From: a virus
Lineage: Duplodnaviria > Heunggongvirae > Uroviricota > Caudoviricetes
IMG/VR virus record: IMGVR_UViG_2541047913_000004
DNA length: 42,122 nt
Direction: 5' to 3' (one strand)
The position numbers and the translations under genes are program-made. This document shows positions 16,482 to 29,071 of the stretch, piece by piece; positions within the stretch are counted from its first letter, which is position 1; each line of letters begins with the position of its first letter. Below the pieces are notes generated by a model. It did no database searches and was not told where the DNA came from. It saw only the letters and a list, made by a program, of their open reading frames with translations.

Positions 16482-16775
16482 TTATTTTGAGCAATACACA
16501 CGCGCTTCCAGCGGAGTATAAATGCCTAAAGTAATAAAACCGAGCAATCCATTTACGAATGTTTGCTGGGTTTCTGTTTTAACAACATTTTCTGCGCCGC
16601 CACAAATTTTGGCTGCATCGACAGTTTTCTTCTGCCCAATTCCAGAAACGAAGAAATGATGGGTGATGGTTTCCTTTGGTGCTACTGCTGTCTGTTTGTT
16701 TTGAACAGTAAACGTCTGTTGAGCACATCCTGTAATAAGCAGGGCCAGCGCAGTAGCGAGTAGCATTTTTTTCAT
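16482..16775 (-). CDS. bor: Bor lipoprotein (serum-resistance moron), 97 aa
   Basis: Signal peptide with lipobox (LLITGC); 97 aa; same position and strand as lambda bor. Confidence 0.85.
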   Translation of the reverse strand: MKKMLLATALALLITGCAQQTFTVQNKQTAVAPKETITHHFFVSGIGQKKTVDAAKICGGAENVVKTETQQTFVNGLLGFITLGIYTPLEARVYCSK

Positions 16776-17065
16776 GGTGTTATTCCCGATGCTTTTTGAA
16801 GTTCGCAGAATCGTATGTGTAGAAAATTAAACAAACCCTAAACAATGAGTTGAAATTTCATATTGTTAATATTTATTAATGTATGTCAGGTGCGATGAAT
16901 CGTCATTGTATTCCCGGATTAACTATGTCCACAGCCCTGACGGGGAACTTCTCTGCGGGAGTGTCCGGGAATAATTAAAAACGATGCACACAGGGTTTAG
17001 CGCGTACACGTATTGCATTATGCCAACGCCCCGGTGCTGACACGGAAGAAACCGGACGTTATGAT

Positions 17066-17476
17066 TTAGCGTGGAAAGATTTGTGTAGTGTTCTGAATGC
17101 TCTCAGTAAATAGTAATGAATTATCAAAGGTATAGTAATATCTTTTATGTTCGTGGATATTTGTAACCCATCGGAAAACTCCTGCTTTAGCAAGATTTTC
17201 CCTGTATTGCTGAAATGTGATTTCTCTTGATTTCAACCTATCAAAGGACGTTTCTATAAGATGCGTATTTCTTGAGAATTTAACATTTACAACCTTTTTA
17301 AGTCCTTTTATTAACACAGTGTTATCGTTTTCTAACACAATGTGAATATTATCTGTGGCTAGATAGTAAATATAATGTGAGACATTGTGACGTTTTAGTT
17401 CAGAATAAAACAATTCACAGTTTAAATCTTTTCGCACTTGATCGAATATTTCTTTAAAAATGGCAACCTGAGCCAT
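17066..17476 (-). CDS. ybcV: DUF1398-family protein, YbcV-like, 136 aa
   Basis: ATG at 17474-17476 has a GGAAGG Shine-Dalgarno about 8 nt upstream and gives 136 aa, matching YbcV; the ORF-track start at 17599 is a TTG with no ribosome-binding site. Confidence 0.6.
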   Translation of the reverse strand: MAQVAIFKEIFDQVRKDLNCELFYSELKRHNVSHYIYYLATDNIHIVLENDNTVLIKGLKKVVNVKFSRNTHLIETSFDRLKSREITFQQYRENLAKAGVFRWVTNIHEHKRYYYTFDNSLLFTESIQNTTQIFPR

Positions 17477-17761
17477 TGGTAAAACCTTCCATGTGATACG
17501 AGGGCGCGTAGTTTGCATTATCGTTTTTATCGTTTCAATCTGGTCTGACCTCTTTGTGTTTTGTTGATGATTTATGTCAAATATTAGGAATGTTTTCAAT
17601 TAATAGTATTGGTTGTGTAACAAAGTGCGGTCCTGCTGGCATTCTGGAGGGAAATACAACCGACAGATGTATGTAAGGCCAACGTGCTCAAATCTTCATA
17701 CAGAAAGATTTGAAGTAATATTTTAACCGCTAGATGAAGAGCAAGCGCATGGAGCGACAAA

Positions 17762-17968
17762 ATGAATAAAGAACAATCTGCTGATGATCCCTCCGTGGAT
17801 CTGATTCGTGTAAAAAATATGCTTAATAGCACCATTTCTATGAGTTACCCTGATGTTGTAATTGCATGTATAGAACATAAGGTGTCTCTGGAAGCATTCA
17901 GGGCAATTGAGGCAGCGTTGGTGAAGCACGATAATAATATGAAGGATTATTCCCTGGTGGTTGACTGA
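17762..17968 (+). CDS. ybcW: Small prophage protein, YbcW-like, 68 aa
   Basis: ORF in the same position as the lambda/DLP12 right-arm small ORF; length matches YbcW. Confidence 0.5.
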
Positions 17969-18132
17969 TCACCATAACTGCTAATCATTCAAACTACTTA
18001 ACCTGTGACAGAGCCAACACGCAGTCTGTCACTGTCAGGAAAGTGGTAAAACTGCAACTCAATTACTGCAATGCCCTCGTAATTAAGTGAATTTACAATA
18101 TCGTCCTGTTCGGAGGGAAGAACGCGGGATGT

Positions 18133-18327
18133 TCATTCTTCATCACTTTTAATTGATGTATATGCTCTCTTTTCTGACGTTAGCCTCCGACGGCAGGCTT
18201 CAATGACCCAGGCTGAGAAATTCCCGGACCCTTTTTGATCAAGAGCGATGTTAATTTGTTCAATCATTTGGTTAGGAAAGCGGATGTTGCGGGTTGTTGT
18301 TCTGCGGGTTCTGTTCTTCGTTGACAT
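18133..18327 (-). CDS. ylcI: DUF3950-like small protein (YlcI-like; possible ribbon-helix-helix), 64 aa
   Basis: Basic N-terminus (MSTKNRTRRTTTRNIRFPNQMIEQINIAL...) suggests a ribbon-helix-helix-like DNA binder; position matches DLP12/lambda ylcI. Confidence 0.55.
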   Translation of the reverse strand: MSTKNRTRRTTTRNIRFPNQMIEQINIALDQKGSGNFSAWVIEACRRRLTSEKRAYTSIKSDEE

Positions 18328-18526
18328 GAGGTTGCCCCGTATTCAGTGTCGCTGATTTGTATTGTCTGAAGTTGTTTTTACGTTAAGTTGATGCAGATCA
18401 ATTAATACGATACCTGCGTCATAATTGATTATTTGACGTGGTTTGATGGCGTAGATGCACGTTGTGACATGTAGATGATAATTATTATCATTTTGCGGGT
18501 CCTTTCCGGCGATCCGACAGGTTACG

Positions 18527-18538
18527 GGGCGGCGACCT
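18527..18538 (+). promoter_or_regulatory. cosN cohesive-end site (lambda-type 12-nt overhang GGGCGGCGACCT)
   Basis: Sequence ...CGACAGGTTACG / GGGCGGCGACCTCGCGGGTTTTCGCTATTTATGAAAATTTTCCGG... matches the lambda right-end/left-end junction as I recall it; cosQ is expected upstream and cosB (Nu1/IHF sites) downstream to about 18700. Confidence 0.85.
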
Positions 18539-18715
18539 CGCGGGTTTTCGCTATTTATGAAAATTTTCCGGTTTAAGGCGTTTCCGTTCTTCTTCGTCGT
18601 AACTTAATGTTTTTATTTAAAACACCCTCTGAAAAGAAAGGAAACGACAGGTGCTGAAAACGAGCTTTTTGGCCTCTGTCGTTTCCTTTCTCTGTTTTTG
18701 TCCGTGGAATGAACA

Positions 18716-19235
18716 ATGGAAGTCAACAAAAAGCAGCTGGCTGACATTTTCGGCGCGAGTATCCGTACCATTCAGAACTGGCAGGAGCAGGGAATGCCCG
18801 TTCTGCGGGGTGGTGGCAAGGGTAATGAAGTGCTTTATGACTCTGCCGCCGCCATAAAATGGTATGCCGAAAGGGATGCTGAAATTGAGAACGAAAAGCT
18901 GCGCCGGGAAGTTGAAGAACTGCGGCAGGCCAGCGAGACAGATCTCCAGCCAGGGACTATTGAGTACGAACGCCATCGACTTACGCGTGCGCAGGCCGAC
19001 GCACAGGAGCTGAAAAATGCCAGAGACTCCGCTGAAGTGGTGGAAACCGCATTCTGTACTTTCGTGCTGTCGCGGATCGCAGGTGAAATTGCCAGTATTC
19101 TCGACGGGATCCCCCTGTCGGTGCAGCGGCGTTTTCCGGAACTGGAAAACCGACATGTTGATTTCCTGAAACGGGATATCATCAAAGCCATGAACAAAGC
19201 AGCCGCGCTGGATGAACTGATACCGGGGTTGCTGA

Positions 19236-19261
<26 letters not shown>
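18716..19261 (+). CDS. nu1: Terminase small subunit Nu1, 181 aa
   Basis: MEVNKKQLADIFGASIRTIQNWQEQGMPVLRGGGKGNEVLYD... matches lambda gpNu1 nearly residue for residue (winged-HTH cosB binder). Confidence 0.95.
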
Positions 19262-22942
<3,681 letters not shown>

Positions 22943-22962
<20 letters not shown>

Positions 22963-24262
22963 TCTCCCGCATATTGCCAGCATGGCTTTTAATGAGCCGC
23001 TGATGCTTGAACCCGCCTATGCGCGGGTTTTCTTTTGTGCGCTTGCAGGCCAGCTTGGGATCAGCCGCCTGACGGATGCGGTGTCCGGCGACAGCCTGAC
23101 TGCCCAGGAGGCACTCGCGACGCTGGCATTATCCGGTGATGATGACGGACCACGACAGGCCCGCAGTTATCAGGTCATGAACGGCATCGCCGTGCTGCCG
23201 GTGTCCGGCACGCTGGTCAGCCGGACGCGGGCGCTGCAGCCGTACTCGGGGATGACCGGTTACAACGGCATTATCGCCCGTCTGCAACAGGCTGCCAGCG
23301 ATCCGATGGTGGACGGCATTCTGCTCGATATGGACACGCCCGGCGGGATGGTGGCGGGGGCATTTGACTGCGCTGACATCATCGCCCGTGTGCGTGACAT
23401 AAAACCGGTATGGGCGCTTGCCAACGACATGAACTGCAGTGCAGGTCAGTTGCTTGCCAGTGCCGCCTCCCGGCGTCTGGTCACGCAGACCGCCCGGACA
23501 GGCTCCATCGGCGTCATGATGGCTCACAGTAATTACGGTGCTGCGCTGGAGAAACAGGGTGTGGAAATCACGCTGATTTACAGCGGCAGCCATAAGGTGG
23601 ATGGCAACCCCTACAGCCATCTTCCGGATGACGTCCGGGAGACACTGCAGTACCGGATGGACGCAACCCGCCAGATGTTTGCGCAGAAGGTGTCGGCATA
23701 TACCGGCCTGTCCGTGCAGGCTGTGCTGGATACCGAGGCTGCAGTGTACAGCGGTCAGGAGGCCATTGATGCCGGACTGGCTGATGAACTTGTTAACAGC
23801 ACCGATGCGATCACCGTCATGCGTGATGCACTGGATGCACGTAAATCCCGTCTCTCAGGAGGGCGAATGACCAAAGAGACTCAATCAACAACTGTTTCAG
23901 CCACTGCTTCGCAGGCTGACGTTACTGACGTGGTGCCAGCGACGGAGGGCGAAAACGCCAGCGCGGCGCAGCCGGACGTGAACGCGCAGATCACCGCAGC
24001 GGTTGCGGCAGAAAACAGCCGCATTATGGGGATCCTCAACTGTGAGGAGGCTCACGGACGCGAAGAACAGGCACGCGTGCTGGCAGAAACCCCCGGTATG
24101 ACCGTGGAAACGGCCCGCCGCATTCTGGCCGCAGCACCACAGAGTGCACAGGCGCGCAGTGACACTGCGCTGGATCGTCTGATGCAGGGTGCCCCGGCAC
24201 CGCTGGCTGCAGGTAACCCGGCATCTGATGCCGTTAACGATTTGCTGAACACACCAGTGTAA
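22943..24262 (+). CDS. C: Head maturation protease / minor capsid protein C, 439 aa
   Basis: GTG start (VTAELRNLPHIASMAFNEP...) after an AGGAGGAG Shine-Dalgarno; ClpP/S49-like protease fold; 439 aa as in lambda gpC. Confidence 0.9.
23867..24262 (+). CDS. nu3: Scaffolding protein Nu3 (in-frame internal start within C), 131 aa
   Basis: Internal ATG in the C frame gives the C-terminal 131 aa (MTKETQSTTVSATASQ...), as for lambda Nu3. Confidence 0.6.
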   Translation: MTKETQSTTVSATASQADVTDVVPATEGENASAAQPDVNAQITAAVAAENSRIMGILNCEEAHGREEQARVLAETPGMTVETARRILAAAPQSAQARSDTALDRLMQGAPAPLAAGNPASDAVNDLLNTPV

Positions 24263-24271
24263 GGGATGTTT

Positions 24272-24604
24272 ATGACGAGCAAAGAAACCTTTACCCATTA
24301 CCAGCCGCTGGGCAACAGTGACCCGGCTCATACCGCAACCGCGCCCGGCGGATTGAGTGCGAAAGCGCCTGCAATGACCCCGCTGATGCTGGACACCGCC
24401 ACCCGTAAGCTGGTTGCGTGGGATGGCACCACCGACGGTGCTGCCGTTGGCATTCTGGCGGTTGCTGCTGACCAGACCAGCACCACGCTGACGTTCTACA
24501 AGTCCGGCACGTTCCGTTATGAGGATGTGCTCTGGCCGGAGGCTGCCAGCGATGAGACGAAAAAACGGACCGCGTTTGCCGGAACGGCAATCAGCATCGT
24601 TTAA
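24272..24604 (+). CDS. D: Head decoration protein D, 110 aa
   Basis: [27 protein letters not shown]...; 110 aa from the second Met. Confidence 0.9.
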   Translation: MTSKETFTHYQPLGNSDPAHTATAPGGLSAKAPAMTPLMLDTATRKLVAWDGTTDGAAVGILAVAADQTSTTLTFYKSGTFRYEDVLWPEAASDETKKRTAFAGTAISIV

Positions 24605-24659
24605 CCTTACCCTTCATCACTAAAGGCCGCCTGTGCGGCTTTTTTTACGGGATTTTTTT

Positions 24660-25685
24660 ATGTCGATGTACACAACCGCCCAGCTGCTGGCGGCAAATGA
24701 GCAGAAATTTAAGTTTGATCCGCTGTTTCTGCGTCTCTTTTTCCGTGAGAGCTATCCCTTCACCACGGAGAAAGTCTATCTCTCACAAATTCCGGGACTG
24801 GTAAACATGGCGCTGTACGTTTCGCCGATTGTTTCCGGTGAGGTTATCCGCTCCCGTGGCGGCTCCACCTCTGAATTTACGCCGGGATATGTCAAACCCA
24901 AGCATGAAGTGAATCCGCAGATGACCCTGCGTCGCCTGCCGGATGAAGATCCACAGAATCTGGCGGACCCGGCTTACCGCCGCCGTCGCATCATCCTGCA
25001 GAACATGCGAGACGAAGAGCTGGCCATTGCTCAGGTCGAAGAGATGCAGGCAGTTTCTGCCGTGCTTAAGGGCAAATACACCATGACCGGTGAAGCCTTC
25101 GATCCGGTTGAAGTGGATATGGGCCGCAGTGTGGCGAACAACATCACGCAGTCCGGCGGTACGGAGTGGAGCAAGCGTGACAAGTCCACGTATGACCCGA
25201 CCGACGATATCGAAGCCTACGCGCTGAACGCCAGCGGTGTGGTGAATATCATCGTGTTTGATCCGAAAGGCTGGGCGCTGTTCCGTTCCTTCAAAGCCGT
25301 CAAGGAGAAGCTGGATACCCGTCGCGGCTCTCATTCCGAGCTGGAGACAGCGGTAAAAGACCTGGGCGAAGCGGTGTCCTATAAGGGGATGTATGGCGAT
25401 ACGGCGATCGTCGTGTATTCCGGACAGTACGTGGAAAACGACGTCAAAAAGAACTTCCTTCCGGACAACACGATGGTGCTGGGGAACACTCAGGCACGCG
25501 GTCTGCGCACCTATGGCTGCATTCAGGATGCGGACGCACAGCGCGAAGGTATTAACGCCTCTGCCCGCTACCCGAAAAACTGGGTGACCACCGGCGATCC
25601 GGCGCGTGAGTTCACCATGATTCAGTCAGCACCGCTGATGCTGCTGGCTGACCCTGATGCGTTCGTGTCCGTACAACTGGCGTAA
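24660..25685 (+). CDS. E: Major capsid protein E, 341 aa
   Basis: MSMYTTAQLLAANEQKFKFDPLFLRLF...; 341 aa, lambda gpE-like (HK97 fold). Confidence 0.95.
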   Translation: MSMYTTAQLLAANEQKFKFDPLFLRLFFRESYPFTTEKVYLSQIPGLVNMALYVSPIVSGEVIRSRGGSTSEFTPGYVKPKHEVNPQMTLRRLPDEDPQNLADPAYRRRRIILQNMRDEELAIAQVEEMQAVSAVLKGKYTMTGEAFDPVEVDMGRSVANNITQSGGTEWSKRDKSTYDPTDDIEAYALNASGVVNIIVFDPKGWALFRSFKAVKEKLDTRRGSHSELETAVKDLGEAVSYKGMYGDTAIVVYSGQYVENDVKKNFLPDNTMVLGNTQARGLRTYGCIQDADAQREGINASARYPKNWVTTGDPAREFTMIQSAPLMLLADPDAFVSVQLA

Positions 25686-25726
25686 TCATGGCCCTTCGGG
25701 GCCATTTTCTCTCTGTGGAGGAGTCC

Positions 25727-26122
25727 ATGACGAAAGATGAACTGATTGCCCGTCTTCAGGTGCTGGGTGAGCAACTGAACCGTGATGTCAGCCTGACGGG
25801 GACGAAAGAAGAACTGGCACTCCGTGTGGCAGAGCTGGAAGAGGAGCTTGATGACACGGATGACGCTGCCGGTCAGGACACATCTGTCAGCCCGGAAAAT
25901 GCGCTGACCGGACATGAAAATGAGGTTGTATCAGCGCAGCCGGATACCGTGACTGATACGGCTGATCTGGTCACGGTTGTGGCACTGGTGACGCTGCATA
26001 CTGATGCACTTCACGCCACGCGGGATGAGGCTGTGGCATTTGTGCTGCCGGGAACGGCGTTCCGTGTCTCTGCCGGTGTGGCAGCTGAAATGACAGAGCG
26101 CGGCCTGGCCAGAATGCAATAA
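25727..26122 (+). CDS. FI: DNA-packaging protein FI, 131 aa
   Basis: MTKDELIARLQVLGEQLNRDVSLTGTKEELALRVAELEEE...; lambda gpFI-like. Confidence 0.85.
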   Translation: MTKDELIARLQVLGEQLNRDVSLTGTKEELALRVAELEEELDDTDDAAGQDTSVSPENALTGHENEVVSAQPDTVTDTADLVTVVALVTLHTDALHATRDEAVAFVLPGTAFRVSAGVAAEMTERGLARMQ

Positions 26123-26133
26123 CGGGAGGCGCT

Positions 26134-26508
26134 GTGGCTGATTTCGATAACCTGTTCGATGCTGCCATTGCCTGCGCCGATGAAACGATACGCGGGTACA
26201 TGGGAACGTCAGCCACCATGACATCCGGTGAGCAGTCCGGTGCTGTGATACGTGGTGTTTTTGATGACCCTGAAAATATCAGCTATGCCGGACAGGGCGT
26301 GCGCGTTGAAGGCTCCAGCCCGTCCCTGTTTGTCCGGACTGATGATGTGCGGCAGCTGCGGCGCGGCGACACGCTGACCATCGGTGAGGAAAACTTCTGG
26401 ATAGACCGGATTTCGCCGGATGATGGCGGAAGCTGTCATCTCTGGCTTGGGCGGGGCGTACCGCCTGCCGTTAACCGTCGCCGCTGGAAGGGGGATGTAT
26501 GGCCATAA
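26134..26508 (+). CDS. FII: Head completion / tail attachment protein FII, 124 aa
   Basis: GTG start after a GGGAGG Shine-Dalgarno; (M)ADFDNLFDAAIA...; lambda gpFII-like. Confidence 0.85.
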   Translation: MADFDNLFDAAIACADETIRGYMGTSATMTSGEQSGAVIRGVFDDPENISYAGQGVRVEGSSPSLFVRTDDVRQLRRGDTLTIGEENFWIDRISPDDGGSCHLWLGRGVPPAVNRRRWKGDVWP

Positions 26509-27077
26509 AAGGTCTTGAGCAGGCCGTTGAAAACCTCAGCCGTATCAGCAGAACGGCGGTGCCCGGTGCCGCCGCAATGGCCATTAACCGCGTTGCTTCA
26601 TCCGCGATATCGCAGTCGGTGTCACAGGTTGCCCGTGAGACAAAGGTACGCCGGAAACTGGTAAAGGAAAGGGCCAGGCTGAAAAGGGCCACGGTCAAAA
26701 ATCCGCAGGCCAGAATCAAGGTTAACCGGGGGGATTTGCCCGTAATCAAGCTGGGTAATGCGCGGGTTGTCCTTTCGCGCCGCAGGCGTCGTAAAAAGGG
26801 GCAGCGTTCATCCCTGAAAGGTGGCGGCAGCGTGCTTGTGGTGGGTAACCGTCGTATTCCCGGCGCGTTTATTCAGCAACTGAAAAATGGCCGGTGGCAT
26901 GTTATGCAGCGTGTGGCCGGGAAAAACCGTTACCCCATTGATGTGGTGAAAATCCCGATGGCGGTGCCGCTGACCACGGCGTTTAAACAAAATATTGAGC
27001 GGATACGGCGTGAACGTCTTCCGAAAGAGCTGGGCTATGCGCTGCAGCATCAACTGAGGATGGTAATAAAGCGATGA
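26499..27077 (+). CDS. Z: Tail completion protein Z, 192 aa
   Basis: 192 aa, lambda gpZ-like. Confidence 0.9.
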   Translation: MAIKGLEQAVENLSRISRTAVPGAAAMAINRVASSAISQSVSQVARETKVRRKLVKERARLKRATVKNPQARIKVNRGDLPVIKLGNARVVLSRRRRRKKGQRSSLKGGGSVLVVGNRRIPGAFIQQLKNGRWHVMQRVAGKNRYPIDVVKIPMAVPLTTAFKQNIERIRRERLPKELGYALQHQLRMVIKR

Positions 27078-27469
27078 AACATACTGAACTCCGTGCAGCC
27101 GTACTGGATGCACTGGAGAAGCATGACACCGGGGCGACGTTTTTTGATGGTCGCCCCGCTGTTTTTGATGAGGCGGATTTTCCGGCAGTTGCCGTTTATC
27201 TCACCGGCGCTGAATACACGGGCGAAGAGCTGGACAGCGATACCTGGCAGGCGGAGCTGCATATCGAAGTTTTCCTGCCTGCTCAGGTGCCGGATTCAGA
27301 GCTGGATGCGTGGATGGAGTCCCGGATTTATCCGGTGATGAGCGATATCCCGGCACTGTCAGAGTTGATCACCAGTATGGTGGCCAGTGGCTATGACTAC
27401 CGACGCGACGATGATGCGGGCCTGTGGAGTTCAGCCGATCTGACTTATGTCATTACCTATGAAATGTGA
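27074..27469 (+). CDS. U: Tail terminator protein U, 131 aa
   Basis: 131 aa, lambda gpU-like. Confidence 0.9.
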   Translation: MKHTELRAAVLDALEKHDTGATFFDGRPAVFDEADFPAVAVYLTGAEYTGEELDSDTWQAELHIEVFLPAQVPDSELDAWMESRIYPVMSDIPALSELITSMVASGYDYRRDDDAGLWSSADLTYVITYEM

Positions 27470-27476
27470 GGACGCT

Positions 27477-28217
27477 ATGCCTGTACCAAATCCTGTAATG
27501 CCGGTGAAAGGTGCCGGGACCACCCTGTGGGTTTATAAGGGGAGCGGTGACCCTTATGCGAATCCGCTTTCAGACGTTGACTGGTCGCGTCTGGCAAAAG
27601 TTAAAGACCTGACGCCCGGCGAACTGACCGCTGAGTCCTATGACGACAGCTATCTCGATGATGAAGATGCGGACTGGACTGCGACCGGGCAGGGGCAGAA
27701 ATCAGCCGGAGATACCAGCTTCACGCTGGCGTGGATGCCCGGAGAGCAGGGGCAGCAGGCGCTGCTGGCGTGGTTTAATGAAGGTGATACCCGTGCCTAT
27801 AAAATCCGCTTCCCGAACGGCACGGTCGATGTGTTCCGTGGCTGGGTCAGCAGTATCGGTAAAGCGGTGACGGCGAAGGAAGTGATCACCCGCACGGTGA
27901 AGGTCACCAATGTGGGACGCCCGTCGATGGCAGAAGATCGCAGCACGGTCACAGCGGCAACCGGCATGACCGTGACGCCTGCCAGCACCTCGGTGGTGAA
28001 AGGGCAGAGCACCACGCTGACCGTGGCATTCCAGCCGGAAGGCGCAACCGACAAGAGCTTCCGTGCGGTGTCTGCGGATAAAACAAAAGCCACCGTGTCG
28101 GTCAGTGGTATGACCATCACCGTGAAAGGTGTTGCTGCAGGCAAGGTCAACATTCCGGTCGTATCCGGTAATGGTGAACTTGCTGCGGTTGCAGAAATCA
28201 CTGTCACCGACAGTTAA
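27477..28217 (+). CDS. V: Major tail tube protein V, 246 aa
   Basis: Start at the internal Met ([22 protein letters not shown]...); C-terminal Ig-like domain; 246 aa. Confidence 0.9.
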   Translation: MPVPNPVMPVKGAGTTLWVYKGSGDPYANPLSDVDWSRLAKVKDLTPGELTAESYDDSYLDDEDADWTATGQGQKSAGDTSFTLAWMPGEQGQQALLAWFNEGDTRAYKIRFPNGTVDVFRGWVSSIGKAVTAKEVITRTVKVTNVGRPSMAEDRSTVTAATGMTVTPASTSVVKGQSTTLTVAFQPEGATDKSFRAVSADKTKATVSVSGMTITVKGVAAGKVNIPVVSGNGELAAVAEITVTDS

Positions 28218-28232
28218 TCCGGAGAGTCAGCG

Positions 28233-28655
28233 ATGTTCCTGAAAACCGAATCATTTGAACATAACGGCGTGACCGTCACGCTTTCTGAACTTTCAGCCCT
28301 GCAGCGTATTGAGCATCTCGCCCTGATGAAACGGCAGGCAGAACAGGCGGAGTCAGACAGCAACCGGAAGTTTACAGTGGAAGACGCCATCAGAACCGGT
28401 GCTTTTGTGGTGGCGATGTCCCTGTGGCATAACCATCCGCAGAAGACAAAGCAGCCTTCCATGAATGAAGCCGTTAAACAGATTGAGCAGGAAGTGCTTA
28501 CCACCTGGCCCACAGAGGCAATTTCTCATGCTGAAAACGTGGTGTACCGGCTGTCCGGTATGTATGAGTTTGTGGTGAATGATGCCCCTGAACAGGCAGA
28601 GGACGCCGGGCCTGCAGAGCCTGTTTCTGCGGGAAAGTGTTCGACGGTGAGCTGA
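28233..28655 (+). CDS. G: Tail assembly chaperone G, 140 aa
   Basis: 140 aa, lambda gpG-like; ends just after the GGGAAAG slippery site. Confidence 0.9.
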   Translation: MFLKTESFEHNGVTVTLSELSALQRIEHLALMKRQAEQAESDSNRKFTVEDAIRTGAFVVAMSLWHNHPQKTKQPSMNEAVKQIEQEVLTTWPTEAISHAENVVYRLSGMYEFVVNDAPEQAEDAGPAEPVSAGKCSTVS

Positions 28656-29071
28656 GTTTTGCCCTGAAACTGGCGCGCGAGATGGGGCGACCCGACTGGC
28701 GTGCCATGCTTGCCGGGATGTCATCCACGGAGTATGCCGACTGGCACCGCTTTTACAGTACCCATTATTTTCATGATGTTCTGCTGGATATGCACTTTTC
28801 CGGGCTGACGTACACCGTGCTCAGCCTGTTTTTCAGCGATCCGGATATGCATCCGCTGGATTTCAGTCTGCTGAACCGGCGTGAGGCTGACGAAGAGCCT
28901 GAAGATGATGTGCTGATGCAGAAAGCGGCAGGGCTTGCCGGAGGCGTCCGCTTTGGCCCGGACGGGAATGAAGTTATCCCCGCTTCCCCGGATGTGGCGG
29001 ACATGACGGAGGATGACGTAATGCTGATGACAGTATCAGAAGGGATCGCAGGAGGAGTCCGGTATGGCTGA
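28233..29071 (+). CDS. T: Tail assembly chaperone G-T fusion made by programmed -1 frameshift
   Basis: Slippery heptamer G GGA AAG at 28631-28637; the -1 frame is open from 28637 to 29071 and reads ...SAGK-VFDGELSFALKLAREMG... after the slip. Confidence 0.8.

Noticed and set aside
17477-17599. Longer YbcV-like start (TTG at 17599 or ATG at 17518)
   Set aside because: Neither has a ribosome-binding site; the ATG at 17476 has a GGAAGG Shine-Dalgarno and gives the expected 136 aa.
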